Positions 24,001-36,000 of a DNA stretch of 64,000 bases are shown piece by piece. The translations under genes were made by a program, and so were the position numbers. The notes under the pieces are model-generated. The model was not told the DNA's origin. It saw nothing but the letters and a program-made list of their open reading frames with translations, and ran no database searches. Source of the DNA: Klebsormidium nitens. Taxonomy: Eukaryota; Plantae; Klebsormidiophyceae. Positions within the stretch are counted from its first letter, which is position 1. The number at the start of each line of letters is the position of its first letter. The DNA is taken from contig DF236972.1 of assembly GCA_000708835.1 (NCBI GenBank), forward strand, positions 248,001-312,000, in the 5' to 3' direction.

Positions 24001-27000
24001 CCGCCGCTGCCGTCGGAGTCCGCCACGTGGCCGATCGTGGGCTGCCCCCAGCCGCCGACCAGCAAGAGGTTCTCCAGCCACAGCTCGCTGCTCTGCACCC
24101 GGAAAATCCGGAAGGCGTTCCCGCCCGAGATCGAGAAGCGGCACGTGCCGTTCCTTGGGGCCGAGCAGGCGCCACCCGTCAGGCGCAGCTGCGACCGCAC
24201 CACGGGCAGGGGCGACGTCAGCACGACGTCAGCGTCCAGTATGATCCAGTCGCCCTGGCTCATTGCGTACCGGAGCTGGGCTTCGGTGCTGACGCGGAAC
24301 GCACCGCTCACGAAAGGGATCACCGGGGGGGGGCAGTCTCGGAAAACTAGATTGAGCGATGAACCAGCCACTTTGAGAGTGCTCGGGTTGGGGCAGATGA
24401 AGGCTGTTCCGGCCACTCCAACGGAACCGTAGACCGGAAGGAGGAGTCCCCGGAGGAAAAGATCGTCTCCTCCGAGCACGCAATGGGCGGAATCGTAAGC
24501 GAATGTGCAGGCGGAAAGGATGACAGTTGCCCGGGGATCGACGTAAATGGCACCTGGAAGGGGACAAACCAATGCGGTTAAAATATTTTGGAGAAAGTCC
24601 GAAAAAAAAACATGCCGCTTTGGACTGGTTCTGGAACTTGAGTGGGTCATGCAACATCACATTTGGTCATTACTGGCTAGAGTAGCTGCTTCGAAGCTTC
24701 GAAGAGACATTTCTCTACCTGTGTGCAGGACATTACGTCACCAGAAGGAACCACTTCAGTCGTCTGAAAGTTCGGGCCAATGGGGAGGTTTATTCAAGGT
24801 CCAGTTTCCAACTTCCAACCCTGTCCTGTGATCTTTATATACCTGGCCGTAAACCCAAACTAGAGCGAGCACCATCGCTCACCTCCCTTGTCGTAGGCCG
24901 TATTCCCCACAAACGAGCACTCGAAGAAGTCCCCGACTGACGTCACCGCCAGCGCGGCCGCGCCGCCCGCGATGGCCGCCGTGTTGTTCTGGAACGAGCA
25001 GTCCGTCAGGTTAACGTTGCCCTCCGCGAAAACCGCCCCTCCTAGTTCGAAGGCGGTGTTGTTGAAGAAGACGCACGACATGAAGTCCGCCGAAGTTTTC
25101 CCGTCGTTGTCAACGAAGACTGCACAGAGTATGATCAAGAGTCAACGACGAGCGGACTGAATAAGAGGTTGAGTATCACGCGTCTCTGCAAGGCTCACTT
25201 GTCTCTGGGATCACGTATTCTTAGATGCTATGGCTGCAGCGAATTGAGTCTTTAAGACAAACATCCGTGGTGATAACAGAACCATCTAGCCGAGCGGCCG
25301 CCATTAACATCTTCAGGAAAGAAAACAAAACAATTCAATGGCATTATCATCGAAAACAAAACAATAGGTCTCAGGGGATGATCTACTCGGAGCGGCTGCG
25401 CACTTCTAGGCGATTGACAGGGAAGGAACTACTTGACTTAAAAGCACTCATTCATCGCGGGGTTTCAGAGAGCATAGGAAATGCTGAATGAACTTTCTCC
25501 CGTCCAGATTTTGCTAATGCAGAGTGATGGTAAGATCCAACCATGTCATTGTTATGGGTCGTATTCACTACGCGCTTCCTTACCTGCGCCTCCGCTCTCC
25601 CACGCCAGATTCTCTGAGAAGATGACCTCACGGAACGTCACTGTCGCACCGCCAATCACCCGCACGGCTCCCCCCTCCTCGGTGCTGTTTCCTGCGTTGA
25701 ACTCCAGCCCGGTGATTAAAACGGTTCCCCCCGAAATGGTGAGAATCTGGCTGGAGTACCCGGCGCTTATCATAGGGGGGCGGCCCATCGAGTGCGAAAA
25801 GTCGGGGCTGCCTGACAGAACCAGGTTTGCGGTAACGGTCGGCAACGGCCCCAACTGCATCGCGATATCCGTCTCGAGGACGATATCGTATTGGCCGTTC
25901 GCCAGAGCGTATCGCAGCTGGGCCTCGGTGGTGATGAGGAACGTCCCTCCGGACGGGAGGACCGGCGGGGGGGGGTCGCAGCTGTCCCTGAACACTCTAT
26001 AAACCGCCCCCCCGTATTTGAGAGAAGTCGTCGCCGGGCAGTAATCAACGCCACCGTCGGATGCAGTCCCGGGGAAATCTCGAGCGTAGAAGTCGGCCCC
26101 GCTTTCGAACGCGACGTTCAGGCTGAACGTGCTTCGCGTCAGCTTTGCGTTGCTTTTGTAGCCAATGCTCAGGCCCCCCCCGAAAAGTTGCGCCGTGTTG
26201 TTGGTGAAGAAAGTGGTAGCGAATTGCGCAGAGCTGGAATCGTGCCCCGCAAAACCACCCCCGGAGTCCCCAGCCCGGTTCGAGGAAAACTCGCAGTCCG
26301 AACCGCTGACGATTGACCGTTCGGCGAAAAGGGCGCCACCGTAAACCCCAGCAGTGTTACCGTCAAACAGGCAGGACCACAGCTGTAGCCGGCCGTAACG
26401 CACTTCGACGGCGCCCCCGTTGTACGTCGACCGTCCGTCAAAGAAGACCACGTTTCGGAGCGTTCCGGTGCCGCTCTTAGCATAAAGAGCGGATCCGCGG
26501 AACGCCTTGCCGTCCGCAAGAATCAGAGTGTCCAGGAAGAACGGAATTCCTCGAACGGTGAAAATTCGGTACAAGCCGTTGCCGGAAACGGAGACGGGCC
26601 GAACCGGCCCGGCTTGGGTGGAGATATTCACACCGACGATTTGGACACTGTTCGTGATTGCGGGTAACGGGCCCTGCAAGACGATGTCTGCAGTCACGAC
26701 GATCGTGTCCGTTCCGTTCCGGACGTTCGCATAAGCGATTGCCGTCCGCAGCTCCCAGTCAGACGCGACCTGGTAGGCGCCGTCCAACCGGCGTGGCAGG
26801 ACTGAGCTTGGACACGTGGCAAGCACTGAAACGCTCGCGGTTGCCCCGTCGAAGGTGAGATTTGCGGAACAGGCGCAAAGAAGCGCCTGGACGGTTTGTG
26901 TTGACCCCGCGTCACTACGCAGGTCATTGCTTAACCCGCCCTTCCCCGGGCCGACTTGGCTTATGGTGTTGTTACCAAAAGTCGAGTTGCTAACCCGGAC

Positions 27001-30000
27001 GTGACCCCCTGGGTTAACTTGCAACCCGCCCCCGGTGCTCGCTGCCGCGTTGCCCCAGAACGTGCTCGACTCGATGAAAACATAACTGGAAGTCTGCGCA
27101 AGAACCGCCCCCCCCGAAACGTTTGCCGCGTAGTTACCGGTGAACTGAGACCCGCTAACCTGCGCTAAACTGCCCGTTGGAACCGTAACCGCGCCCCCGG
27201 AACTCCCCCCCCAGTTGCCACTGAACGCACACCCCTGGAAGGTCGCGAGCCCGTCGATGAAAACAGCCCCCCCGGAAATGCCTGCGGTGTTGTTCGCAAA
27301 AACGCAGCCCACGAAATCCGCTCCCCCGTCTGTCACGTAAACGGCCCCCCCGTATAGCCGCGCACTGCTATACGAGAAGGTGACGTCAGCGAACGTGCCC
27401 CAGCCGTCGGTGATGGAAACAGCACCCCCGGTGGAGTTGCTGAGCCCCCCCGTCAGGGTCAGGTTCGCGATGCTGACGTCAGCCCCGAGCGCGCGGAAAA
27501 TGCCGTAACCGGGCGCCGCCAGCAGGACGAACTTGCCGTCGGACGCGGCCGGGTTGGGCGCCCCGGTCACGATGACGTCAGCGGTGACCGTCGGCAGCGG
27601 TCCGCTGAGCTGGACGTTGGACGTGATGACGACTTTCTTCGCGTTGTTGTTGAGGGCGGAAACGAAGTCCGTCTCGGAAGTGACGTAGTACACGCCGTCG
27701 ATTTGGGCCACCGCGATCCCGCACGCTTTCGTCAGGATCTTGGCGACCGCTCCGCCAATCACGGGGCGACACGTCAGCGGGCACAGCTCCATGCGCCCGA
27801 GCTGATCCTCCGAAGGCGAGTCGACGAGAAACAGGTCCGGGCCCGTTGCGTTTGAGGCCCTGTTTCCGGCGAAGGTGCAATTGTTGAAGCCGCTTTGGCT
27901 GGAGAGCTCGCCATACACCGCGCCGCCGGGGCCTCCCAGACACGTGTTGTTTCTCAACTGGGTGAATGCGAAACCCGCCTCCGCGAATTGCGGAACCACG
28001 ACCGCGCCCCCCGCGTTCTGCGCCGTGTTCCCCACAAACCGGCAGAACAGAAACGTGGTCATGCCGTAAACCCAAACGGCGCCGCCGGAACCAGACGCAG
28101 CGTTCAGAACGAAGTCGCAGCTTTCGAATGCGGCGTTCCCATCAACCATGTAAACCGCGGACCCGTTTCCTAACGCAGAGTTCTGCACGAAACCCACGTT
28201 CGTAAACTCGCCGCTGCCTGTTGACGCGCCCAGGTTTTCGATGTAAACCGCGCCGCCGTTATCCCCGGAATACCCCCCGTACAAATCCAGGTTAGCCACG
28301 GTTAACTTTGCCCCCCGAACGTAGAAAATGCGGAAAGTGTTGAGCCCGGAGATCCTGATGCGCGCGGCGAGGGGGGGGTTGGGCCAGTCCGGCCAGAGAC
28401 CGTGAATGGTGACGTCACTGGTGATGATTGGGAGAGGCGCGAAGAGGGTGACGTCGCTGACGAGCAGGATGTCGGCGGCGCTCTGGTTGATAGCGTATGC
28501 CAGCTGGGCGGGCGTAGAGACGATATATATGCCTCTACCGATGGGGATGACCGGGGGGGCGCAATCTGCGAGTCGCAAGTGCAGCAGATTTCAATCTTGA
28601 GAAAAAACAGGGCCTTGATTGATATATGAGAACGTAGTTTTGCTTACCGAGCGACGGGCACTTTCTTTCAGGCGACTCGAAAACAGATCGCTTTGTCCTA
28701 TAAAATTTGCTCAAGAAGGAACCGATGAAGGCACTACACCCTCAACGCACACGGCTCCAAATCCATGCCACACTTCTTTTCGCCTCCGCAACTTGCTCGA
28801 GACTGCTTCCGTCATGCAAGAAATAATCGTGCGCTTTGTCGAACGTTTCCGTCAGAACCTCTACGGAAGTCCGCTCAGATATGGTGCAGGAATATTCTTG
28901 ACAAGAGCGCCGAGCAGACGCTTTGTGCGCGCGCACCTGTGGGGAAGACGGTGGATAGCGCTCCAGAGATCTGCGCGCCCACGTCCGCCGGGCAGAACTG
29001 GAGCTGGCCGGAGTACTGGGAGTCTCGATACCCGCGGTTGTACAGATCACCGCCCTTCACAAACAAATACAAATTTAGCGTTGCTTCTCCGAGCAATGTC
29101 CGACCAGGAACTTCAGCTTCTCAATTGTAAAGTTGGGAGAATTGCAGGGCTCCCCTTTCAGAAGGAGCGCGTAAAGCTCGAAAGATGTCCCCAGAGCCAA
29201 AATCAGTCGACGATGGAGAACCGTTCTTCCAGTATCTGCGAGGTGTTCCACCGGTTTCTGAATAACGTCCTTTTGCTTCAAGGAACACGTTGCAAAGCCG
29301 CTTCATGAAACTCAAGCAGATCCGATTCGTCCAACGTGCTTCTTTTCCACAGACGTGGCAAATGAGGTGAATTTTTCGATACCAGTCGACTTATGCTACC
29401 TTGATTTCCAAGATCCAAAACGAAGGGTTTGAACCTCACGGTGCTGGCGTTGTTGTTCAAAAACTGCGTATATGTAGAGTTGACGGTACTCGTGTGGTCC
29501 ACGTGAATTGCGCCTGCGATTGGACAACAGAAGCAATTTAAGATCGGTAAAACCCTCAAGGAAGTTCACTGAGAAAATAGGGTGACGGATGGATGTCCAC
29601 AACTTCAACCATTCCAGATTCGACCTCCTTCCAGAAAGATAACGGTGACGCTAGCCCTAAGAGCATGGCGAGACGACAGCTAGATTGACTCGATGCTGGC
29701 AAGACTACATCTTGAGAAGCTTGCTAGGTTCGAGTATCCGGCGGGAATCCATTTTGAGCCGTTTGCTTTGCGCGACGCCGATAGGCGTCGCTAGGGCTTT
29801 TGATTGCAAGGCTAATTCGACGCTTAACTCAGGGTGCAAGGTGCCAGGATACGATCGCTTGGGGGTCGCTTATCCAGATGCTAGTTAGAAAGCTCGCCGC
29901 TCGTTGCGGCTAGCGTCGGAGAATGAGAAGGAAATGAAGAAGCTCACCGCCGCTGTCAAGCGCAGAGTTGTCCTGGAAAGAGCAGCCCACGAAGCTGGAC

Positions 30001-33000
30001 CCCGACTGCTGATCAAGAATGATGGCGCCCCCGGATTGCTACAAACAGGAAGAAGCAGTCATTTGGTGGAGCTCAGTCGGTTCTCACACATACAGAGCGC
30101 AAGCACTCTGCCAATATGGACCAACAGCTTGCCGGTAAGAAAAAGTGGGAATCGCGATTCGTGGTTTTGCCAAACCTTCAACGTGCTACTTTGTCAAACA
30201 GTTCGCGCAACTGTGACGGTTGTCCGCGGCATGGAGATCGATACCCCCGGGACTTGGACCTTCAGACTCGACAATCTTTTCAGAATAGAGTCACTCCCCA
30301 ACAAGTCGTAGTTTACCAGACTTCCAAGGGACGGTTTGGTTAGCAGGATTATTGAATCACTTTGGCGAAATTGTCAAGCGCTTCACGGAAATGCAAGCGC
30401 AGATTGAAGGTTTTGTGCGGTTGTGGGCTCACGTTAGCGGCGTTGCCTACAAACTGGGTCTGCTGGAAGGTCGTGGTTCCGTGCACGTACACAGCACCCC
30501 CGGAATCCTGTGACGGCGGAATGTGTTGGTCAAGGTCAAGTTGAAGATTCGATCCCAGATTTTGCTTGAACATTTATCAGTAATCACCCAGACAGCACTC
30601 TCATAGTTAAAAGGAAGGGGGTAAGCTCGAGTTCCACGATCGCGCGCCTTTGACGGTGCAGGCCGTTCTACATAAGATAGGTACATGTTCATCCACCTCT
30701 TATGATTCGACCAGAGACAGCAACCATACCAAGTACATACTCGTTGCAAACGGACAGCAAAAGCGATACCAGATGGCACTGCAAAACCCTCCCCCTTTCG
30801 TTCACCTATGCTACCAGTATTCAAATCTCAAACTTGAGTTTTGCCGGTCAAGAAGGGCCGACTGCGAATCAGCAGTGACAAGCTGGGGTTTGAAACAGGT
30901 TGAAACACCCACCATGGCAGTGTTATTGACGAAAACGCAGTCAGAGAAGTCGCCGTTGCCGTTGTTGATGAACACTGCTGCCCCAGAGGCCTGCCAAAGG
31001 CAATTGTGCATCCAGCTTAAGAGCGAGGAGAAAATGCTCGGATGCAACCACTGAACGACCCGCCGTTTGAGATGAGATCGTAGTAAGGCGGGGCTAAATT
31101 TGCTCCACGAGATTGAACGGGTATCTTAATGATCAGACTGGAAAAGCAGCACCTTAATGGTCATGCGCAGTTGAATTTGGGGTATATTTATCCATCTGTA
31201 CAAGAATCGTGTAAAAAGGAAACGTTTCCGCAACCTTTATGAGCGGGAAGATTGTATTCAAGCAGCGCTCATAGCAGTCTCTTTAATTTATGTGATCATG
31301 ATTCTAACGAGCTCTAGCGTTCCTCCTCGAGAGCTTGCCTCAAATATGACTGGCCGCACACTCGTCACCTTCCAATGGAACCGCATTTGTTTCACAAGCG
31401 CAAGAGAGAGATTCCAAGAGCCTTACTCCAGCGTTGTTGTTGGAAAACACCACGTTGCTGAAGCTTCCGGATCCGCCTGCCGTAATGACCACAGCACCGC
31501 CGTCAATCGCCCCGGCCTAATCAAGGGGGAAGGAGAATTTGGAATGAGTACTTCAGGATTGAAAAGGGCGCCCATTGCCGTGCGGATACCTTAGCAGATG
31601 CTGACCGCGATTGATGAGCGTCGGAGAAAACCCTGAGGCGAAGATTTGCAGCAGATTTTAAAACTGGTTCATTCCAAGCGCCATCAAAAAAGCACCGATC
31701 CACGCCAAACCACACACACGAAACAGCAATGATTAGATTTAATCAAATCAGTGCTGGACGATCCCCAAACTTAGCTACACTCATTTACAACACAGCGACA
31801 ATGTCGGAAGACGCATCCAAGTCTCAACCTTGATGCAATTCACACGGACCGTAAGCTCCCTAGAGCAAAAGTTTGACACGTCGACTCACCGCCCCAGTCA
31901 ACTCCAACCCAGACAGGTTGATGCTCCCATTCACAACCGTGATGATGTTGAAAAGACCCGCCCCCGAGATTTGCGGGTTCCCGCTTCCGGTCAACGCCAG
32001 CGCATTGTCCGAAGAGCCGTTTCCGTTCGGAGTCCGCGGCGGAAGCGAAGGGGACGGAGCGGAAGGCGAGGGGGACGGGCTTGCTGACGTCTTCGGAGAG
32101 GGGCTGGCGCTCGTGGGGGGAGAAGCGGACGGCTGAGATGACGTCGAGGGTGACGGCTGCGCCGACGTAGAGGGTGAAGGCTGCGCTGACGTCGATGGCG
32201 ACGGCTGTGCTGACGTTGAGGGTAACGGCTGTGCTGACGTTGAGGGTGACGGCTGTGCTGACGTCGAGGGGGATGCTTGTGCTGACGTCGAAGGGGATGG
32301 TTGGGCTGACGTCGAAGCTGACGGTTGCGCTGACGTCGAAGCTGACGGCTGCGCTGACGTCGAAGCTGACGGTTGCGCTGACGTCGAAGCTGACGGCTGA
32401 GGGGACGCCGAGACGGAGGGTTGTGCTGACGAGGAAGCTGACGGCTGGGGTGACGTCGAAGCTGACGCCTGGGGTGACGTGGACGGCTGTGCTGACGTGG
32501 AGGGGGAGACAGAAGGAGAGGCGCCCGCGCTTTGAGACGGTTGGGGGGAGCTCGAAGGGGAGGGAGAGGAGGAGGGAACCGGAGATGCTGACGTGGATGC
32601 TGACGGGGATGCTGACGAAGATGCTGACGCCAATGCTGACGGAGATGCTGACGGGAATGCTGACGGGGATGCTGACGTCGACGGCGAGGGCTCCGGGCTC
32701 TGAGACGGTTCAGGGGAGGAAGAAGCGGAGGCGGCAGGGGATGACGACGCGGCAGGCGAGGGGGACGCTGACGTGGCGGGTGAGGAGGACGCTGACGCAG
32801 CAGGTGACGTCGACACCGACGGTTCCGGGGAAGCGCTCGGCGACGGTTGTGAAGAGGCGGAGGGGGCGGGGGAAGACGAAGGGGAGGGTTTCGCAGGGGG
32901 GGGGAGCGCGTATGGACTGGGTGAGGGCTGGCGGCACGGGGGGGTCATGTACTTGCCGGTGATGTTGATAAAGGTTGCGATGGGCGGTAACGGTCCGCTG

Positions 33001-36000
33001 AGCTGGATGTCGCACACAATTACGATGTGGGTCGCGGTGCCGAGGGCGGCGCGCAGCTCGGACTCGTGGCAAACTGCAGGGAGGGAAGAGCGATCAGACC
33101 TGGTTCTGGAGACTTCGTGCGATGATCGAATAATAGCATTACGAAAAGTCGTTCGAGAAGACAGAAATCAGGATTCAGGTATGGCGGAGGAATGGTCTGA
33201 GGAAGAGGTGATTTTGCATAGGTAGACCGCTCAAGGTCAGGCAGCCTTTTAGCTGAAAATGGATAAGCAGGTGAAGAAAGTGGGACGCCCAGAAGCAGCC
33301 TGTGGTACGCGGAGCAGGATGCGCTTCCACGGCACTTTGAGTCGTACGCATCACAAACCGCTACGTCAAGTTCACAGGACTGTTTTGAAGGGCAGCCCTG
33401 TGAGTCTGTCACGAGGGAGCTCATGCAGACCATTCCAAGCACGAAGTGCGGTCGGATGGAGTATTCTAGGATTTGATCTGGCCACAGCAAACGGAAAAGC
33501 GAGCGGAAAACGGGTCAAGAGCCAAACGCCTCGAAGCAATCAGACCTTCGCTCGAAGGGGAAGGATCCTGAATACTGTCTACTGCCCAACGCCGACGGTA
33601 TGGATACAAAGAAGACTTTCAAAACTTCCATGTTCGTGTCAGATGCCACCATTGTAAGCCTACTCACCGTAATACACGCCATCATCGCACGGGCTGATGG
33701 CCGGGGGACACGTGCCCCCCGAGCAACCCGGGCGCTCCATGCAGGCAGTCCGCCACTGGCACAAACTCGCCCCGGTTGAGAGGTCCGTGATCCGCCCACA
33801 GACATCGGGGGATCCCCCGGCGACGCACGGGTTGTTGGCGTAATGGCAGTAAGCGTAGCTGTCGTCCCAGGCACACGGCCCGGTGGAAAGGCACGCGTTC
33901 CTGGTGGTGACGCCATGGCAGGGGTCTGCGGGGGCAAGGATGACGTCAGCGGAGAAGAAGGTGACGTCAGGGGAAAGGAGAGCGACCGTCAGCACGGAGA
34001 CGCTCGTTAAGGAAGCGTAGCTGTTGTTTCAGGAACAGGGCCCAGTGGAAAGGCACGCGTTCTTGGTGGTGACACCGTGGCAGGGGTCTGCGCGAGCTTT
34101 GGATGGTGTCAGCGGCGTGGATCGTGATGTCAGCGAAGGAAGGATTTTTGGTGTAGAGCAGGTGGCGTCAGCTTCGTGGCAAGTCAAAGCTGATGAGGGC
34201 ATTCACTCCAGTGCAGCAGCCGTTGTCTTTCTTGCCAGTTCGAGGAAAACCTTTTCCAAGGTTACACAGCCTTTCCATGAAGAAGGATATAGAGGCAAGT
34301 CTGTTGAGCGCCGCAGATCCGGTTAGACGGAAGAAAAGGGTGGGCGTAGTCCGTGTGACAGCTGTCGCATCAGTCAGGAGTCTTTCCGCAACGCCTTCTC
34401 ATTGACAAACGGAATCCTGGACTTGGAGAATGATATTCAACTTCCGCGCTTTTCCTCCCACCCATTCTGACCACGCTTCATGCGTAGCCCTGGGCGTCGT
34501 CCAAAAGACCTTCAAATCTCGCGACTGTATCTCCGATTGAGGAAGCCAAAACTCCTTCCTAGAAACGTTTCGCCTCACCGGTTTTGATCTCGCACGAGTC
34601 GTCGAAAACGCACTGCGGCGACCGCGCGACGCAGTCCGCCTCGTTCTGCGGGCCGCAGCAGATGTCCCCCGGCTTGCACCCGCTGTTGTAGCAGGATCCG
34701 GACGCGCGGCACAGCGGAAACGGACCGGAAGCCAGGTTCGCGCACACGCGCGCGTCGGAGTTCGCCACGGAGCACGGGTTGGAAACTGCACGCGCAGGGA
34801 AATACAGATTAGCGAAATACCGGTATGTTCTACTTGAGAGAGTTTCATTTCCGCACGCGCAGAGGAGATTTTACGTTGGTAGAGGCATGTCAGTCGGCCG
34901 CAGTTGCTTGCTGAGCGACTAGATCGCCCTGAGACTCCCGATTTGCTGGACAAAGCCTTGCAAAAGCTACTTAATCGGCGACACAGAAGCCGGGTTCGGT
35001 GTTTGAAAGTCTCCGGGACGCACTTGTGTGAGGTTCCCTCAAACGTCCGCGGACAAAGAAAAAGCATCAAGCGGAATAGAGTCTGTAGAATAATGCGCGT
35101 GCAAAAACCAAATGGATGTCAAACGAGCAACTGCAGAGGGACCAACGACGGTCCAGCCAAAGAAGCGTTGAGGACAACGGACCTCGGATCACGTCATAAA
35201 AATCACAATATCTCTGCCGTTGAACCAGCCTTCGTGCACTAGCAATCATAGCTAAGCCCTCGTCATACGAACTTGAGTATTTTTTTGAAATACTGGCGTT
35301 CTTTCTTTTCCAAGCCAAGCTGCGCATCTTTCAGGGGGTAAGAAGTCACACGGGGTTCTCACTTGAATAGCAACCCCCTGCCACGGTTCCGTTCCCCCGC
35401 AGATCCGCCAGCCAGTGGCACGACGGAGCGAGCGCGCACGCGCTATCATCTAGTAAGTCCCAGCAAGGATCTGCAAGACGGGAGTCGCTCGTCAGGTGAC
35501 ACGTGTCCAATGTTCTCGAGCTGAAGTGTCGATTTTTGCATCAGCAGTTTGCACCCAGCTCGATCTGGAAGATTCAATCTTATCAGTGCGTCCAATGAGC
35601 AAAACGTCGATCATTGGATCGATTCGTGATAAGCATTTGTGCGGAGTATCTCGCGCGTCGAACCAAAGTGTAGAACATTCTTCTATATGCTAACACCTCG
35701 ACGCGTGGCGTTGCCTTCATCGGAAAAACTTCTGGAGTTGAGCCCTCACAGACGGAGTACAGACTTCTCTAAGTTGCCTCCAAACCACGAGAGACATGAT
35801 TCTCTTGTTTAGTGACGACTACTGAGCCCATGTAATACATGTGGGCCGCCGCAGGTCGCACAGGAGAATCAAAAGCTACTGTAACCTGGAGCGCTCCCGG
35901 AAAAAACACTTCCAAACGACGCTTCTGGCACTTTTGACTCTCAGATCCAAGAGTTGCGACTTATCTTGGGAACAAACCGCGACTCACCCCACCGCAGGTT

